Assembly: GCA_013265495.1 (NCBI GenBank)
Contig: MU058213.1
Span: 6,035,149 to 6,099,148, forward strand
Source: Vicugna vicugna
Taxonomy: Eukaryota
Direction of reading: 5' to 3'
Length of the DNA stretch: 64,000 bases
Shown here: positions 1 to 14,360 of the stretch, one piece after another
Layout of the letters: each line of letters starts with the position of its first letter
How positions within the stretch are numbered: position 1 is the first letter of the stretch
Made by a program: the position numbers and the translations under genes
Notes under the pieces: model-generated
What the model saw: the letters and a program-made list of their open reading frames with translations, nothing else
Told to the model about the DNA's origin: nothing
Databases searched by the model: none

Positions 1-465
1 CTTCTCCTTCATCTAGTCTGCATTTTGGAGATTCTGATACTGTGACTTCAGATGAGGATAAAGAAGTCTCTGTAAGACATTCCCAGGCAATTTTGAGTGC
101 TAAAAGTAGAACTCATGGTGCACGGTCCCAAAAGTGGCCTCGGACTGAGACAGAATCTGTTTCGGGATTGTTAATGAAAAGACCCTGTTTTCATAGCAGT
201 TCATTAAGGAGACTTCCATGCAGAAAGAGATTTGTAAAAAACAATTCCTCACAGAGGACACAGAAACAAAAAGAGAGGATATTAATGCAGAGGAAAAAAC
301 GAGAAGTATTAGCCCGAAGAAAATATGCATTGCTCCCCAGTTCTAGTAGTTCCAGTGACAATGACCTCAGCAGTGAATCCTCTTCCAGCTCATCAACTGA
401 AGGAGAAGAAGATTTGTTTGTTTCTGCCAGTGAAAACCACCAAAACAATCCAACTGTTCCCTCAG
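1..465 (+). CDS. RNF111: RNF111 (Arkadia) large first coding exon, 3' part (starts upstream of window)
   Basis: Frame from position 3 reads [23 protein letters not shown]...[26 protein letters not shown]...NNPTVPS, recognisable as the Arkadia N-terminal region. Donor TCAG|GTAAAA at 465/466, phase 1. Confidence 0.95.
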
Positions 466-3400
466 GTAAAAACTGTGTTTCTAAAGTTTAGTAAAGGATG
501 GAAGCTATTGCATTGTTTGTGCTAATCTTCTACACTTTATGATTTCATTGTATTTAGAAGGAATATGAGGTTCTATTAACTTATGTTTAAGCCTGATAAG
601 TAATTACCAACTATAGTATTAAACCATGGCCCCAATTCTAAGATACACATTTTTAAATTTTTTAAATAGAAAATTTATAATTTTTTCTGATAAAAATAAA
701 GCAAGAGGGTTTATGATTTTTTTAAAAGAAAATTTCATTTTATATATATTAGATTATGTTTTGTGAGTTGCTGATTTATGGTACAGCTTTTTTTTTTTTT
801 CTTTTAGTTTTTTTTTTTGTATGTTGAACTTTTATGAGTACTTTTTCAGGTAGCTCTGTAATGGATTTCTTTCACATTCATATACAGTAAGAACAATTTA
901 ATCACTAAAAAAGACATTTATTTTTCCTTTAAGTACTTTATTATTGTTTATGATTCCCTTGTCATGTTCCTTATAATTGAAAAATAATTTCAGGTATTTG
1001 AGAGGTAACTTTCATTCTAATACTAGAACACAAACTTTTAGTCCTGACAGTGTCCAGTCGAGCATATGATTAATCAGTTAAAATTGAATTGATAGATGAT
1101 TAGCTTGAGTGCATCCCCCACCGCAGTAAAAGTTCCATTAACTAGAATAAGTTTATGTACAATCTCTGAAGTATAAGTATGTTCTATATCTACTGTTTTT
1201 ACAGTTTGTTGTAATTTAAAGTAAGTTGAAGTGAACATTGAGGAGTGAACTCTGAACTGAGGGAAGAGATTAATTTCTTGTGAAAGTGTAAGGAAAATGA
1301 GGGGTGGAGCGTTCTAACATCATGGTTTTCAATACTGACACAGAGCTTTCCCACTCTTTGCCTGATGTCCTCCCTGTTTTATGCCATTTCTCCCTCCCTC
1401 TCTTCCTTTCCCAAGATTCTGTTCCCTCTTACATGTTTATTTTTCTATTCCTGCCAGAACCCTGAAACTAGTAACTTTGTTCTTAATTTTCATCTTAGCT
1501 GTGTTTAGTTTAGTTCATTTTTTTAAAATCCTATCCAAATATTTGTTTTTAAAAGGGTTCATTGAGATCACCTACAACTGGGAAGAGGTTACAGCAACAA
1601 TACTCTATACAGTTTCTTGAGAAAGAGGGAGATGAGAATAAGAATTGTCTTGCTTAACTGTCACATTTCATATCTTTCTTAGGTAATTAGAATGTGAAGA
1701 CTGTAGTTTGGGGAGAGGGAGCAGCGGAGCCCAATTTCTGCTTGAAATTAGTGAGGCAGGATGGTTGATGATCGTAAAGCAGAAGTTCCAAGGAACTGTT
1801 ATTTGTAGGAGGCATGTGAGAATAAACATAGGCCAGTATCAGTGTCTTTTCCTGGGAAGAAAGGAGCTCATATATCAAGCATTCAAGATAAATGCAAACT
1901 CTGTAATTCATTTTTAAATCTTGTTTATACTTATTGTAGCATGTGGGTTTTGGGTTTGTTTTTTTTTTTTAACTCTTTCTTAGAAGGATTACATTGTTTC
2001 AACTGCATGATTTTCAGATATTACCAGTAACTGTCTCTGGAAACACAAATCCAGAAGTTGAAGCCATGTACTCCTCATGTTTTCTGGTTTCTAGACCAAT
2101 GTTCTGTTTTAAACTAGTTTTTGTTTTATTTTTAATAATGATTTAATAATAATAATCACTTGGCATGAAATTTTAAAACTATCAAGAAAGCATAAAATAA
2201 AAAATGAAAGTTTACCTCCTCTTCTTAGGTCCCAGTCTAACTACCCAGAAGTAATCAGCAGTTTCTTTTTCTTATCTCCTTCAGAAAATGTGAAAGTATA
2301 TGTAAAGGTAAATAGATAATGTGGGCTTAAAAAAATATCAGTATGTATAATTATCTCATTTAAAACAACAGTTGCATAGTATCCCTTTTGTAGGATGTTT
2401 CATAGTTTATTCAGCCAGCTGTTGTTGATGAATATTTGCTGCATTGAACAGCCTTGTACATGTATTTTTGCACATTTGTTAAGGAATAATTTTTAAAAGT
2501 GTATGAAAAGATATATTCAGTTAAAAATTTGCTAGCTATTGTTACCAGAATGCCCTCCAAGAAGTTTGCCTCAAGTTCCTTTACCACCCAATAGTGGATG
2601 ATGTGATGATAAAAATACCTAGCATTTATTGGGTATTTAGTAGTCTTGGTAACGTTCTGAGTGTATATATTCTCATTTAATCATCCTCTCTTATGAGGTG
2701 AATTCAGTCATCATCACTCTCTCATCACAGACAAAGCATTTAGGAAATCATTTTTAAATTATTTGTATTCAAAATAAACTGAAATATTGATGGAACTTAG
2801 CTATATTGTCAACTCTCTGTGCTCTCAAAAAATTGACTTCCTTTGATGCTTAAGAGATAGGGTTTTCTTCTAGATATATTTTTAGTGCTGGCTTTCTGAC
2901 TCCAAGTCCAGTATGTTTTAGTGTGTGTTAGGAATTAGGAGAGGGTTGGAATATCTCAAATTTTAATTAGATCTATTTACTAAACTTTAATAATATGATT
3001 TGTATGGATGGATATTATTTGGTACTGTTGGGACAACTTTTCATACACTATCCATCAGCACTTATTTGCTATTGCTGTAGTGAACTGATGGAAAGAATAT
3101 TCTACATGTGAAGTATTTTATTGTACATTCAAACTCTAAGGCAAAACAGTTGTAGGTAATTAATGAGTTTAATCAAATCAGCTAAGAATGAGTTATTTTA
3201 AGTCAGTACTTTAAATCATATAATCAACATTAGTTTATCTGTTGTAATCAGTAGTTTGACTCTTGCTACTATTTGACTCTTGCTTCACATTACTGTCTTT
3301 TAAATTTATTTGAGTTCTCTGTTTAAGCCTAGAAAGTCAAAATGATATATGAACTGAGTTGTTGGACTTTGAGTTATTCCCATTTGCCAGTTAGGTTGAG

Positions 3401-4564
3401 AATTCATGCATCATGTTTTGTTCCTGATAACATTTGCCAAGAACTTCAGATGTTTTAAAATAACCTTAATAGAAGCTACATTTGAGAGTGATCTATTCAG
3501 TGTACCTTATCTGAACTTCACTTACATTTTCCTTTTATAGTGCTATAACCTTGGGTTTCCCAATTAATTATGCATGTAAGGACCTCCTTATTTATTAACT
3601 TGTAAGTTAAGTATTTATAGGTTATATTTCCTCCAGACATGAAGGAAATATAAATACTACATATGCCCCCAAATAAGAGAACCAGAATATGTAAGTCCTG
3701 TTTTCTTATTGAGGAGAAAAAAAAGTTTTGACTATGTTGAATGTACACTTTTAGGGCTGTAAAATAGGTGTCTTAAGACTAAATTACTAATTTATTTGCA
3801 TATATAAAGTATTGAATAAATGTTAATTTAGAAATATTGCCTGTTAGTACTCACATTTCCTGGTAAGTTTCTTTTCACACAGTTAGGCGTATCAGTGACT
3901 TGGTAATTGCTGGAACCACATTTTAAGTCATTAAACAGTTTTCAACATCATATTATCCTCATCTTCTTTGTCTGAGATATAGCACTTGCTGAGTCCATGA
4001 GTAATGCTATTACTGGAAAATTTATACCAAGCTACAGATATCATTTTCCTTATATGTGACTGGAAAATCCTATTTCACAGGGTTTTTTGTTTTGTTTTAT
4101 GTCTAATAGCTGTATGTTTTATTTACAGCTTTAAAAAAAAATGTATCCAACAGCTATGTATTTATATTTTCCTAGTACTCTAGTACTGACTTAAGTGTTT
4201 TACAAGTTTTCTTAAGATGGTGATCAACCCTTGAAATTGTAAAGTCCTAGCATTAGGAATTATATCTAAATTTGTGAATATTTCTTTTCTTCATTTTCCA
4301 AAAATAATGTTGATAGAGTTTTTGTTGTTACTATTTTATTATTTTTACATGGGAATTTTCACACATAAAAATACATAGACATACAGTGAACTCCCACATA
4401 TTCCTAATCTAACTTCAGTTTTCAACATTTTGCCATTCTTATTTTGTCTGTTACCCCTCACTTTTTTTTTCTGGAAAATTTCAGAACAGTTTCTAGACAT
4501 CATACATTTAATTTTTTTTAAGAGGCAGTAAGAAGTAACAATATAATATCTAACAGTTACATAC

Positions 4565-4715
4565 AACAGCCTTATAAAGTTGGTGCTATTAATATGTCCA
4601 TCTTACAGATGCAGAAATTGAGGCCCAGACTGGTTAAGTGTCTTGCACAAGATACTTGCATGGAACTGGGATTTTAACCCAGGCAGCTCAACCCCCAGGC
4701 CTATGCTCTTAACCA
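4565..4715 (-). mobile_element. MIR relic
   Basis: ccatcttacagatgcagaaattgaggcccaga..ggttaagtg..ttgcacaag (antisense MIR core). Confidence 0.75.
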
Positions 4716-5989
4716 TTAATAATATTAATGAAAATGCCAATGAACTTGTCATGCATACTAAGGGTTCCAGATCCTTCTTTTCAGGGTTTCTCCATTTTTA
4801 TTCCATAAACAATGTGTGTATCACCTCTCAGGCTTAATTTGTTTTATATACTACATATTTCCTGCAAATTGGTAGATTTTGTATATGTCATCTAATAGTC
4901 TTTGCCTTTGAGTCTTCGGGATAGAATTCTAGGGGGGATTGTTGAGTAAAAAAGTAAAAGCTTATGTTAACTTTTAAAAAAGACCAAATTTCTCTGTTGG
5001 CGTTGTAACCATTTGGGGTCCATCAGCAACGTAAGAAAGTGCCTATTTTCCCAAAGCCTTTCCAACAGAACTTGTCAGATTTTGATTTTTTGATCCATCT
5101 GATAGGTAAGAAGTAATATGTCGGTATATTTTGGTTTTTATTTTTTGTAAGTACTGTTACATGTCTTTTCATATGTTAAAGATTATTTGCATTTCTTTTC
5201 TTGTGATCAATATGTTTTTATCATTTGCCTGTTTTTCTATCAGAATGTTGGTCTTCATTCTTCCATCCATTTTTAGAAGCTTTTTATATAATAGAGATAC
5301 ACATCTTTGTAACACATTTTCCTCAAACTTGTCATTCGTTTTTTGATTCTGCAGTACTTTTTTACCATGCTAAAATTGGGGGGAGGGTGGAAACATTTAT
5401 TGACTTTTACTGTTTCTAGATTTTTAAGTCATAATTAGGAAAGTTTTTCCCCACTCCAAGTTTATAAGAGAATTAACTCATTTTCCCCTAGCCCTTGTGT
5501 TTACTTTTTTTTTTCACTTTTAAAACACGAATCTGGTTGATATTTGTCTTCATGTACAGTGTGAAGAATGGATCCTTTTTTTTTAAAGTGGGTATTCAAT
5601 TATCCTGAAACAAATCATTAAAAATGTTTCTTTTTCCTATTGACTTGAATTGCCACCTTTGTCATATGTTAAATTTCCATAGGCATTTATTTGATTCATT
5701 TATGAAACTTTCATACTGTTCCACTGTTTTAATTTTAGACTCTTTCATATTTGCCTGGTTATACCTGCCTGCTTGTTCTTCAAAGTGACCTTATAGTCAA
5801 CTTTTTATCTGAGAGTCATAGTTGGGGAGAGATGCATAATACTTTTATTGTGATTGCATTCGTAAGCTAAATAAAGGTGAACAGACATCTTTAAGATTTG
5901 GGCTATTCCTATTCCAGAATATGGAATGTCTTTTCATTTACTGAAATCTAGTTTTGAATCTTGCAGGGAATGTTGTATAGTGTTTTGTT

Positions 5990-6545
5990 TTCTAAACGGC
6001 TTTATTAAGGTATAATTTACCATAAAATTCTTCCATTTTTAAGTGTACAACTCAGTAATTTTTGGTTATTTTAGAGATGTACAATCATAACCACAATACA
6101 TTTTTAGGACATTTCAGTTAATCTCCAAAGATTCTCTCCTGCTTGTTTACAATTAATCCCTGTCCTACACTCACTTCCTCACACAACCTCTAATCTGTTG
6201 CTGTCTCTATGGACTTACTTTTTCTGGACATTTCATATAAATGAAATCATATACTGTGTAGTCTTCTGTGTCTGACTGCTTTCATTTAGCATAATGCTTT
6301 TGAGATTCATCCATATCACCCCAGGTATCAGTAATTAGTTTCTATTTATTTTATTATGTAGTTCTTTTATAGTACTCCATTGTATGGATATGCCACATTT
6401 TGTTTTCCCATGTTTTTAGGTGACAGATGTTTAATTGTTTCTAGTATTTGGCTATTGTGAATAATGCTGTAATGAACATATGAGTACAAGCTCTTTGTGT
6501 CTATGTATGTTTTCATTTCTGTTGAATAGATACCCAACAGAGGAG
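5990..6545 (-). mobile_element. Old L1 (L1M-type) 3' fragment
   Basis: ggacatttcatataaatgaaatcat...ttcatttagcataatg...tccattgtatggatatgccacattttg...gctattgtgaataatgctg motifs. Confidence 0.8.
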
Positions 6546-8774
6546 TCCCAAAGAAGAGTCAAAGCTGTTACAACTTCAGTACCTTTGTGACCACAGTGGC
6601 AAAGGCAACTGGTAGCAAGAAGATGCTTTTGATAGCAACTAGTTCCAGCTTGTTGAGTAGCTAGGGCATTGTGATGTACTTTGTGTAAAGAGTCTGAGTT
6701 TGGAATTGAAATTAGTTTGCTTGACAAGTTAAACTTTCTAAGTTTCAGTTTCTTGATGCAGTTAGACTTGCAGAATAGTATACATGGGACAAAGTCTATG
6801 CTCACACGTTGAATGCTATTCTTATTGACATCATGCCAGACTTAAGGCACAGAGGGACTAGGATAGTCAATGACTTTTTTTTGAGTTCATGAAGAACTCT
6901 GTCAGAGAAGCCATTGTTTTTGTTACCATTGTTAAACTGCCCAAGCTGTTACATTTTATTTTTCTCATGATGTATTAAAAAGTGAAAAAAAACAAAAGTA
7001 ATCTTAAAGAAATAGTTAAATCACGTGCAGGTCCCATCACTCTAATGTCTTAGCTGCACTCAACTTTCTCATTCTTTAATATTTGTAAATGTAAAAACAT
7101 GAAAATGAAATTGGCCCAATAAGAAGTGACCTATTCTCTTGAATTTTTAAAGCTGTATTAAAGTTAACCTCATAATTTTAGGAATATTTCCTTTAAATTT
7201 TGTTTTAAATGATTATCATTCTAGAGATGCTAAAATCATGCCTATTGTGATTATTATTTAGTCCATGACTTTTATATATTATGTTCAAATTACGCTTATA
7301 AAGGTTCTTTTTAGAGAAATGATGTTTAAGCAGGATAACAGTGCCTAGGTGAGTTATTTATATAACTTTTAGATATGCAATCTCTATGTTTATAAAAATT
7401 TATATAAATTGAATTTTAATGTATTAGCAAAGGTAGCTTTGTATCATTTATTGTTGGAACTTCAAATTATTACATTTATATTTGACTTAACTGTGTAAAA
7501 GGTATTTAATGTTAGGTGATTTTTTTCAGGCTTGTAAAGAAACTTTATGTACAAATACTGGGGGGGAAATCACTATTAAAGTTGATACATAGATGTAGCT
7601 TTTCTCCATGTAAAATGGTAATGTCCTGGTAAAATGGTGGATTAAAATAAGGGATATCTTTTTAAAAATCCATGATGTTTTATTTTTATGTACAGTGCTT
7701 TTTAGTTTTAAATGTATTGATTCCCTGTGTTCTCTTACCTTAAACTGCATTATGTACCTGATTATGAAGCAAGATTAGAAAAATAATTTGGAAATTGAAT
7801 TGTGAATATTATTTTAAATAGCCACTTGAGTGCTGCTATTTTATTTTTCTCTGCCTATAATAAATTTATGCTGTTAAAAATACATTCAACCATAACATTA
7901 TCATCTCTATAATCTTTAGAACCTAAAAACTACTTTTAAAATTTGTACCTCATAATTTTTAATCTTGACTTTTTCCTACTTAATTGATAGAACAATTTGC
8001 AAATATTCTAAAATAGAAATATTATGACGTATTTAAAAAATAATAATTTCTCCAATCAGATCATCTTTGATTGCCTCTATGATTTACTAATGACTGCTTT
8101 GTTATCCTCTTTGGAATATCAGAGTATGTTATAGATTTTTGTCATGGGCTTGTATCTCCTCTAGATACTGGCCAGCTTTTGAAGTAGTGCAGATACTTGA
8201 TGATGCAGAGAGGAATTAGAGTTGAATTCCAGGTTGTCTAGGAATGGTGCCTCGGGTGAAGGAATGTAGACTCTGTAAATTCCACAGTGAGGAGAGAGTT
8301 GAGCCATTTGTTGTCATTGTGGTAAGCCAAGAGCTCTGTAAGAGTTGGATAAAAATAAACAATATCAATGGAATACCAGCATACTAGTAGAAAATATAAG
8401 GGAAAAGGGAGCTTATTTATAAGAGCAACTAAGAGAATAAAGTGTTTTAAGAATAATCTCAATAGGAGTATATTGGCTTCTATGAAGAAAATTATGTAAC
8501 TTTGGAGAGAGTTACATTTATAATCAAACCAAACCCTTCGATTTTTCTAGAGGTTTATAAAAGAACATTGTTAGATGGTAAGATATGGTCTTGGATTAAA
8601 AAAAAATATATATATATATATAAAATAGAGATATCAGGGCTTCATTTTTGTTGCTTAATGCCAACTAAATCCAAATCTCAAGAATTTTTCTTTCCCCTTG
8701 ATTTTATAATCCTAATTATTTTATCAGAATAATTAGGAAAACCTGAATCTGCTAAATATCAAAATAGAATTATT

Positions 8775-9900
8775 CTAGTCTTTTCAACAAATGGTGCTGG
8801 GACAATTTTAGATCTACATGCAAAAAAGGTGAATTTAGACCTTTTATATCATGTTAGTTACAGAAATGAGCAAAATGGATCACAGACTTAATGTGATAGC
8901 TAAATTACAAGATTTTTAGAAGAAACATAGACATTATTAGTCACCTTTGGTTGGGACCTCAAATAGGTCGCTAAAAACATGATCTGCTAAAGAAATTGCT
9001 AATTTGGGCTTCGTCAGAATTAAAGATTTTTATGCTTCATAAGACGCCATTAAGAAAATGAAAAGAATAAAGAACTCTTACAGCTCAACAGTAAGACCAA
9101 AATCCAAGGACAAACGATTTGAATAGACATTTCATCAAAGTGGCTGGCTAATAAGCACTTGAAAAATACTCAACATCATTAGTTATTATAGAAATGAAAA
9201 TCAAAACTGTTATTAGATACTAGTATATATGCATTAAAACAGCTATAATAAAAAAGAGACAATGACAGTTATTGGCAAAGATGTAGAGAAACTAGAGCCT
9301 CACTTTCCTAGGAATGTAAAATTGAACAACCACTTAGGAAAGTTATCCGACAGTTCCTTGAAGTGCTAAACATAAATTTACCATAGTATTCAGAAATTAC
9401 ATTCCTAGGTCTTTACCCAAGAAAAATGAAAGTACATGTATGTATGAAGACTTATAGATGAATGTTCATAGCAGCTTTATTTGTAATAGCCAAAAATGAG
9501 AAAAATTCAGATATTCATCAACAGAAGAATAAACAGATTGTGATATAATCATATGATAGGCTACTACTCAGCAGTAAGAAGAATGAACTGTTGAAACACA
9601 CAACATGATTAAGTCTCAAAATAAGTACAGTTAGTGAAAGGAGCCAGATACGAAAGTACAAGTAATGTCTGACTCCATTTATATTGAGCTCTTAAAAATA
9701 CAAACCAAACCAATTCGTAATGACAGAAAGCAGGTGAGTTGTAGAGGTGAAGGAATGGAGATGGAGGGGCAATGATTGACTGAGATAGACATGTGGAATC
9801 TTTTTAGAGTGTTGGAAATATTCTAAAACTGGATTGAGGTGATAGTTACTCTCTATAAATATACTAAAATCAGTGAACTGTACATTTTAAATGTGTAACA
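8775..9900 (+). mobile_element. Old L1 ORF2-end/3'UTR fragment
   Basis: tagtcttttcaacaaatggtgctgggac, gaatagacatttcatcaaag, atgttcatagcagctttatttgtaatagccaaaa motifs. Confidence 0.82.
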
Positions 9901-10081
9901 CTTTTAGCTCTCAACATTCTTACTATGGGAAAATTCTTATCACAAACATGACTTGTAAACTGTTGGCTGACCTTTGCATTGGCAGGTGATAGTAATGAAG
10001 AGAGAAGAATTTTTACAAAAAGAAGATACTCAGCACCCAATTTGTGAAAAATACAGCAAGAGAAGAAATGGAACATAACAT

Positions 10082-10350
10082 TTCTTTTTTTTTTTTTAAC
10101 CATCTTAACCTTTTGAAAGTGTGCTGTTCAGTAGTTTTAAGTATATTCATATTGTGAAACAGATCTCCTGAGCTTTTTCTTCTTGCAATCTGAAACTCCA
10201 TATCCATTAAACAACTCCCTTTTCTTTTCTCTGCCCAGCCCTGGTAACCACCATTCCACTTTCTCTATGAATTTGCCCACTTTAGGTACCTCACATGAAT
10301 AGAATTGTACAGTGATTTTTTGTGTGTATGACTGAGTTATTTCACTGAGG
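10082..10350 (-). mobile_element. L1 3'-end fragment
   Basis: Poly-T, aaccatcttaacc...cccagccctggtaaccaccattccactttct...gaatagaattgtacagt. Confidence 0.75.
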
Positions 10351-10379
10351 GCCATATTTATTCATTTTTATATTTTTTA

Positions 10380-10506
10380 AAGTTTTTTTAATTAAAAAAA
10401 AGTTTTAATTATTTTTTCCCTTAACAGAGATACTGGGGATTGAATGCAGGACCTTGTACACCCCAAGCAAGCGCTCTACCACTGAACTATATACCCCCTC
10501 ACCCCC
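10380..10506 (-). mobile_element. tRNA-derived SINE (camelid-type), diverged
   Basis: Reverse complement has a GGGG head, A-box-like tagttcagtgg and B-box-like gcattcaatccc, followed by an A-rich tail. Confidence 0.75.
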
Positions 10507-11131
10507 AAATTCTACTTATAATCTTATCTAATGCCATAAATAAAAATTAGTTCTTGGTAAAGTAAATAATTAAGGAAATGAATTGAACTGTTATAATATG
10601 TACCATCTTCCAAATAAGGAAGCAATTTCCGTATTTAGAATACTTTGGAAAAGCCAAAAACTTTATATTTTGTAGTGCAAAACTAAAAAGCTACTGTGTG
10701 TTTCTTAAAAGAATACCATATCATAAATAAAAATCTGGAAGAAAACACAGTGAATGTAACATCTTTATTTTAGATAGTAAAGGGTTAATATCGTCTAGAA
10801 TGTGAATATCTTACATAAGATCTTAAATCAGTACTTTTAAATTTTACAGTATTAATATCACTATATAAGATTATACAAATTAATATGGAAACCACTGAAA
10901 GTTTGTAAAGAAAAGTCATGAGAGGAAATAAACATGAAAATGTGCAGATTAAGAGAGTAAGTACTATTTTCACTATGTGTGGTTAGCTCTGTTTTTTTAA
11001 AAAAACTTTGATTTTGACAGATAAGAGTTTTATTTTTGTGATGAATTTCAGTCTTCAGAGTCAAAATAAAAATTTGTCTATAAGTTGGCTTATAGGCAGA
11101 TGCCCTTTAAATGTTTTTCTTTTGTTTCCAG

Positions 11132-11258
11132 GAAGTATTGATGAAGATGTTGTGGTGATAGAAGCTTCTTCCACTCCCCAGGTCACAGCCAATGAAGAAA
11201 TTAATGTTACCTCAACTGACAGTGAAGTGGAAATAGTAACAGTTGGAGAAAGCTATCG
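11132..11258 (+). CDS. RNF111: RNF111 exon 3 (127 nt), SIM1 VVVI and SIM2 VEIV
   Basis: Acceptor tttgtttccag|G; translates (G)[41 protein letters not shown](R); donor CG|GTAAGA. Phases join exons 2 and 4. Confidence 0.96.
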
Positions 11259-11381
11259 GTAAGATTTTAATTCCTAATTCTATATTTGATGTGTTGAATA
11301 TAAATATTTAGACATATTTTTGCATTCTTTTACTTTTTTTTTTTTTGAATCTAGTTTGAGTATGTGTGTACCAACCAGATA

Positions 11382-11535
11382 AGTAGTTTTCAAACCAGGC
11401 TCCATTAGATTCATCTGGGGAGTTTATAAAATAGATACTGTTGCCTGGACTGTAGGCCAGACCAGCTGAACCAGAATCCTAGGAATCAGTAATTTTTAGC
11501 ACCCCAAGTATACCATAGTGTTAAGAGTCATTGCC
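11382..11535. mobile_element. MER5-like hAT relic
   Basis: agtagttttcaaacc...attagattcatctggggagttt...ccagaccagctgaaccagaatc...ttaagagtcattg; degenerate inverted ends. Confidence 0.6.
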
Positions 11536-12140
11536 CTAGATAAACAGTAACTTTACTTAGTGTTTTATGAAATTGTTTATGATTCAGAAAGTTCACAAAC
11601 TCCTTTGAAATTTAGTTATGAATAATACATAAATATTGGGGATGATACTGGTATTTTATTGATACCAGTGATGTTTGTGCTATTATGTTAGGACAACATA
11701 GTATAAAAGATATTTTTAGAAAATTTTTGTTCTTCATTCAGTAATTTTATCATTAAAAAAAACCTATCATAAAAAATGAAAATGAAAAATCCTCATTTGT
11801 TTTAATAAGTAACTGGAAATGACATTGCCCTTTTGAGAATCACTTTGACTAGAAAAAAAGAGACCCTAACACTGTATTCATCTTGTGCTTTAAATGATTA
11901 CAAATGTGGGTAAGGGAATCAGTAAAGTGTTCCTCTGTTTTGTTTGATACAACAACTAATCTATGAATGAATCTTAATTTTTGTGTTGGAATGAATTTGC
12001 TCATTGTATTTTATTGATTTTTTTTAAAAAGACATTCTTATCTCAGAAGCATGTTACAGACATGCCTAGAGTGTACTTCTCTACTTGCCACTTTCCCATT
12101 GGAGAAATGGAAGAGAGCACTCCATAATATATCCCTGTGT

Positions 12141-12310
12141 TTTTGGTTTTTGGATTTATTTTGTTTTTTGTTGTTGTTATTGTTTTTATAGTTTTATTAC
12201 CTTATTGCTTTATTTTATTTATTTATTTTTAGTGGAGGTACTGGAGATTGGACCCAGGACCTCGTGCATGCTGCGCACATGCTCTACTGCTGAGCCATAC
12301 CCACACCCCT
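12141..12310 (-). mobile_element. tRNA-derived SINE
   Basis: ggaggtactggagattggacccaggacctcgtgcatgct...ctgagccataccc preceded by a T-rich tail; same family as the other copies. Confidence 0.85.
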
Positions 12311-13026
12311 ATCCCTATATGTTTTAATTTTTAAATGATTTTCCCAGACTCTGAGGAAAATTGATACTCCATATTATGTGCCACAGTTATCCTGTGACTG
12401 TCCCTAATGCTTGGTACAACATTGACTCAGTCTTTATGCGCTACAAGGATTGTTGAAACTAAGAACTTGTTTTTCCTTGAACTATAGAGCTTTCTTGTCA
12501 TGGAGATGCCTAATGTTGAAACAGTTGAGTTTGCTATAGTGAGAGACAGTGATCTTGAAAAAGACACACAGTGCTCATTACCTATATTCATTTTCCTTAT
12601 TGTTACCTAAGATACTGTTTGCCACTTTAGCTGACTCTTGGTCCTCCTCTTTAAGAGAGAGTATATCTGTGTTTCAGATTGCTTTGTGTCAGGATTGGAC
12701 AATTGCCACTAATCATAGGGGTCACTAAGTTCTCTGTGAAAGTGCTCCTCATACATCAGGTTTTTTGCTGGTGCTTCATTCAGCGTAATATTTGGATTTA
12801 GGGCATCCCATGAAGCTTTCACAAAGGTACTGCAAAGTGGGCCTGGAACTTTGTGCAACTGTTAACAGCTTCTCAGAAATAACAGACTACTAAGGCTCAT
12901 CAAAGACTCTTGATTTCTCAAGAATTTTAAATGGGGATCTTCCTCCTCATCTAAGACCATTTCATCTTGGGATATTTGTTTATTGTCATGCCTTAATCTG
13001 TACAATTCTTGCTGGAATACACTGTC

Positions 13027-13028
13027 CT

Positions 13029-13064
<36 letters not shown>

Positions 13065-13093
13065 TCGTTTCTTTCATTTCTTTCATTTCTTTC
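13027..13093. repeat. (TTTC)n microsatellite with degenerate tail
   Basis: ttctttctttctttc... seen directly. Confidence 0.9.
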
Positions 13094-14196
13094 GTTTTAA
13101 TTATGTCTCAGGAATTAACTGCTACACTCCTGTTACTTGAGAATCTCATTTTAGCATTTGAGCTCCTTTCTAAACTCTCAGGCTCTGCAGTTGCTGAGGC
13201 CATCTTCAGCCTAGTTTCAACTTTGGAGTTCTTTTCTGGGTGATCCAGCTCATATTGCCAATGACTTGCATGTGAATGGATCTCACTCTTTCCATACATA
13301 TTGACAATAAACTTATAAGCAGTTTTGCATTCAGTTTAGGCAGGAGAAAAAAACCAACTTTATAAGCCTCACCTTTCTAAAACAGGTTTGTTTTTCTCTC
13401 CTGGAGCCTTAGAACTGCATTTTCTACATACTATCCTTCTGTACCCTTAGTCCAGATCATTACAGTGAATTCTTTAAAATTTTTTTAATAAAATATATAC
13501 CTGTAAGTACTTTAGTACAGTACAGTGCCATACAGATAATTAAAAGGTGATGAAAGCATTAGATGTTGAGGGTTTCTGGTTATAGGCCTTAAAAGCATAA
13601 AGTGATTCAAACAGTGATATTTCTTATAGCTGCCAAACTAGTAAACTAGCTACAACTATCCTTTTCTCCTGACCGCAGGAAAATCTCTGATGCTTCAGTT
13701 CTCTTTTAGGACAGTCCCAGAAACTTAGGTTGGTTTGGGACTCCCAAAGCCATGTTTTGCAAATCCAGTCTGGACTAAACATACAAGACCATGTGAGTGT
13801 TATTAAATGTTTAGGGTGTTGATATTTTTGTTGCTATACCTATGGTGAGTAACTTTAATAGATGATAACCCAGGCTAGTATTCAGAATAAAATGAAAGCA
13901 AAGCAGCTTTTTTGAAACAGAATTCTGTGTTTTATACCAATGAATGGTCTAACGTATCATTTTGCATAGTCTTAGGTCAATTGGTTGGTAACCATTTGCT
14001 GAACATTTAATTCAGCAGACGTCTATTGAGTGCTAGGCATTCTGCTAGTCATAAGTTTTAATTCTGTTATGATTATTTGGTGAATTCTTTCAGAAAGAAT
14101 TTCACAAGTTATTTTGTAGGAAAGGCTTATGATTTCTTAGGTAACTAAAATTGTGTTTTTTCGTATGTACTGATTTGATACTGATTGTTATTTAAG

Positions 14197-14360
14197 GTCT
14201 CGTTCAACCCTTGGACACTCCAGATCTCACTGGAGCCAAGGTTCAAGTTCTCATACAAATCGGCCACAGGAGCCACGGAACCGCAGTAGGATTTCTACTG
14301 TCATACAGCCCTTGAGGCAGAATGCAGCAGAAGTTGTGGACCTTACTGTTGATGAAGATG
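14197..14360 (+). CDS. RNF111: RNF111 exon 4 (164 nt), SIM3 VVDL
   Basis: Acceptor tttaag|G; translates [54 protein letters not shown]; donor G|GTAAGT. Not in the ORF track; read manually. Confidence 0.95.
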
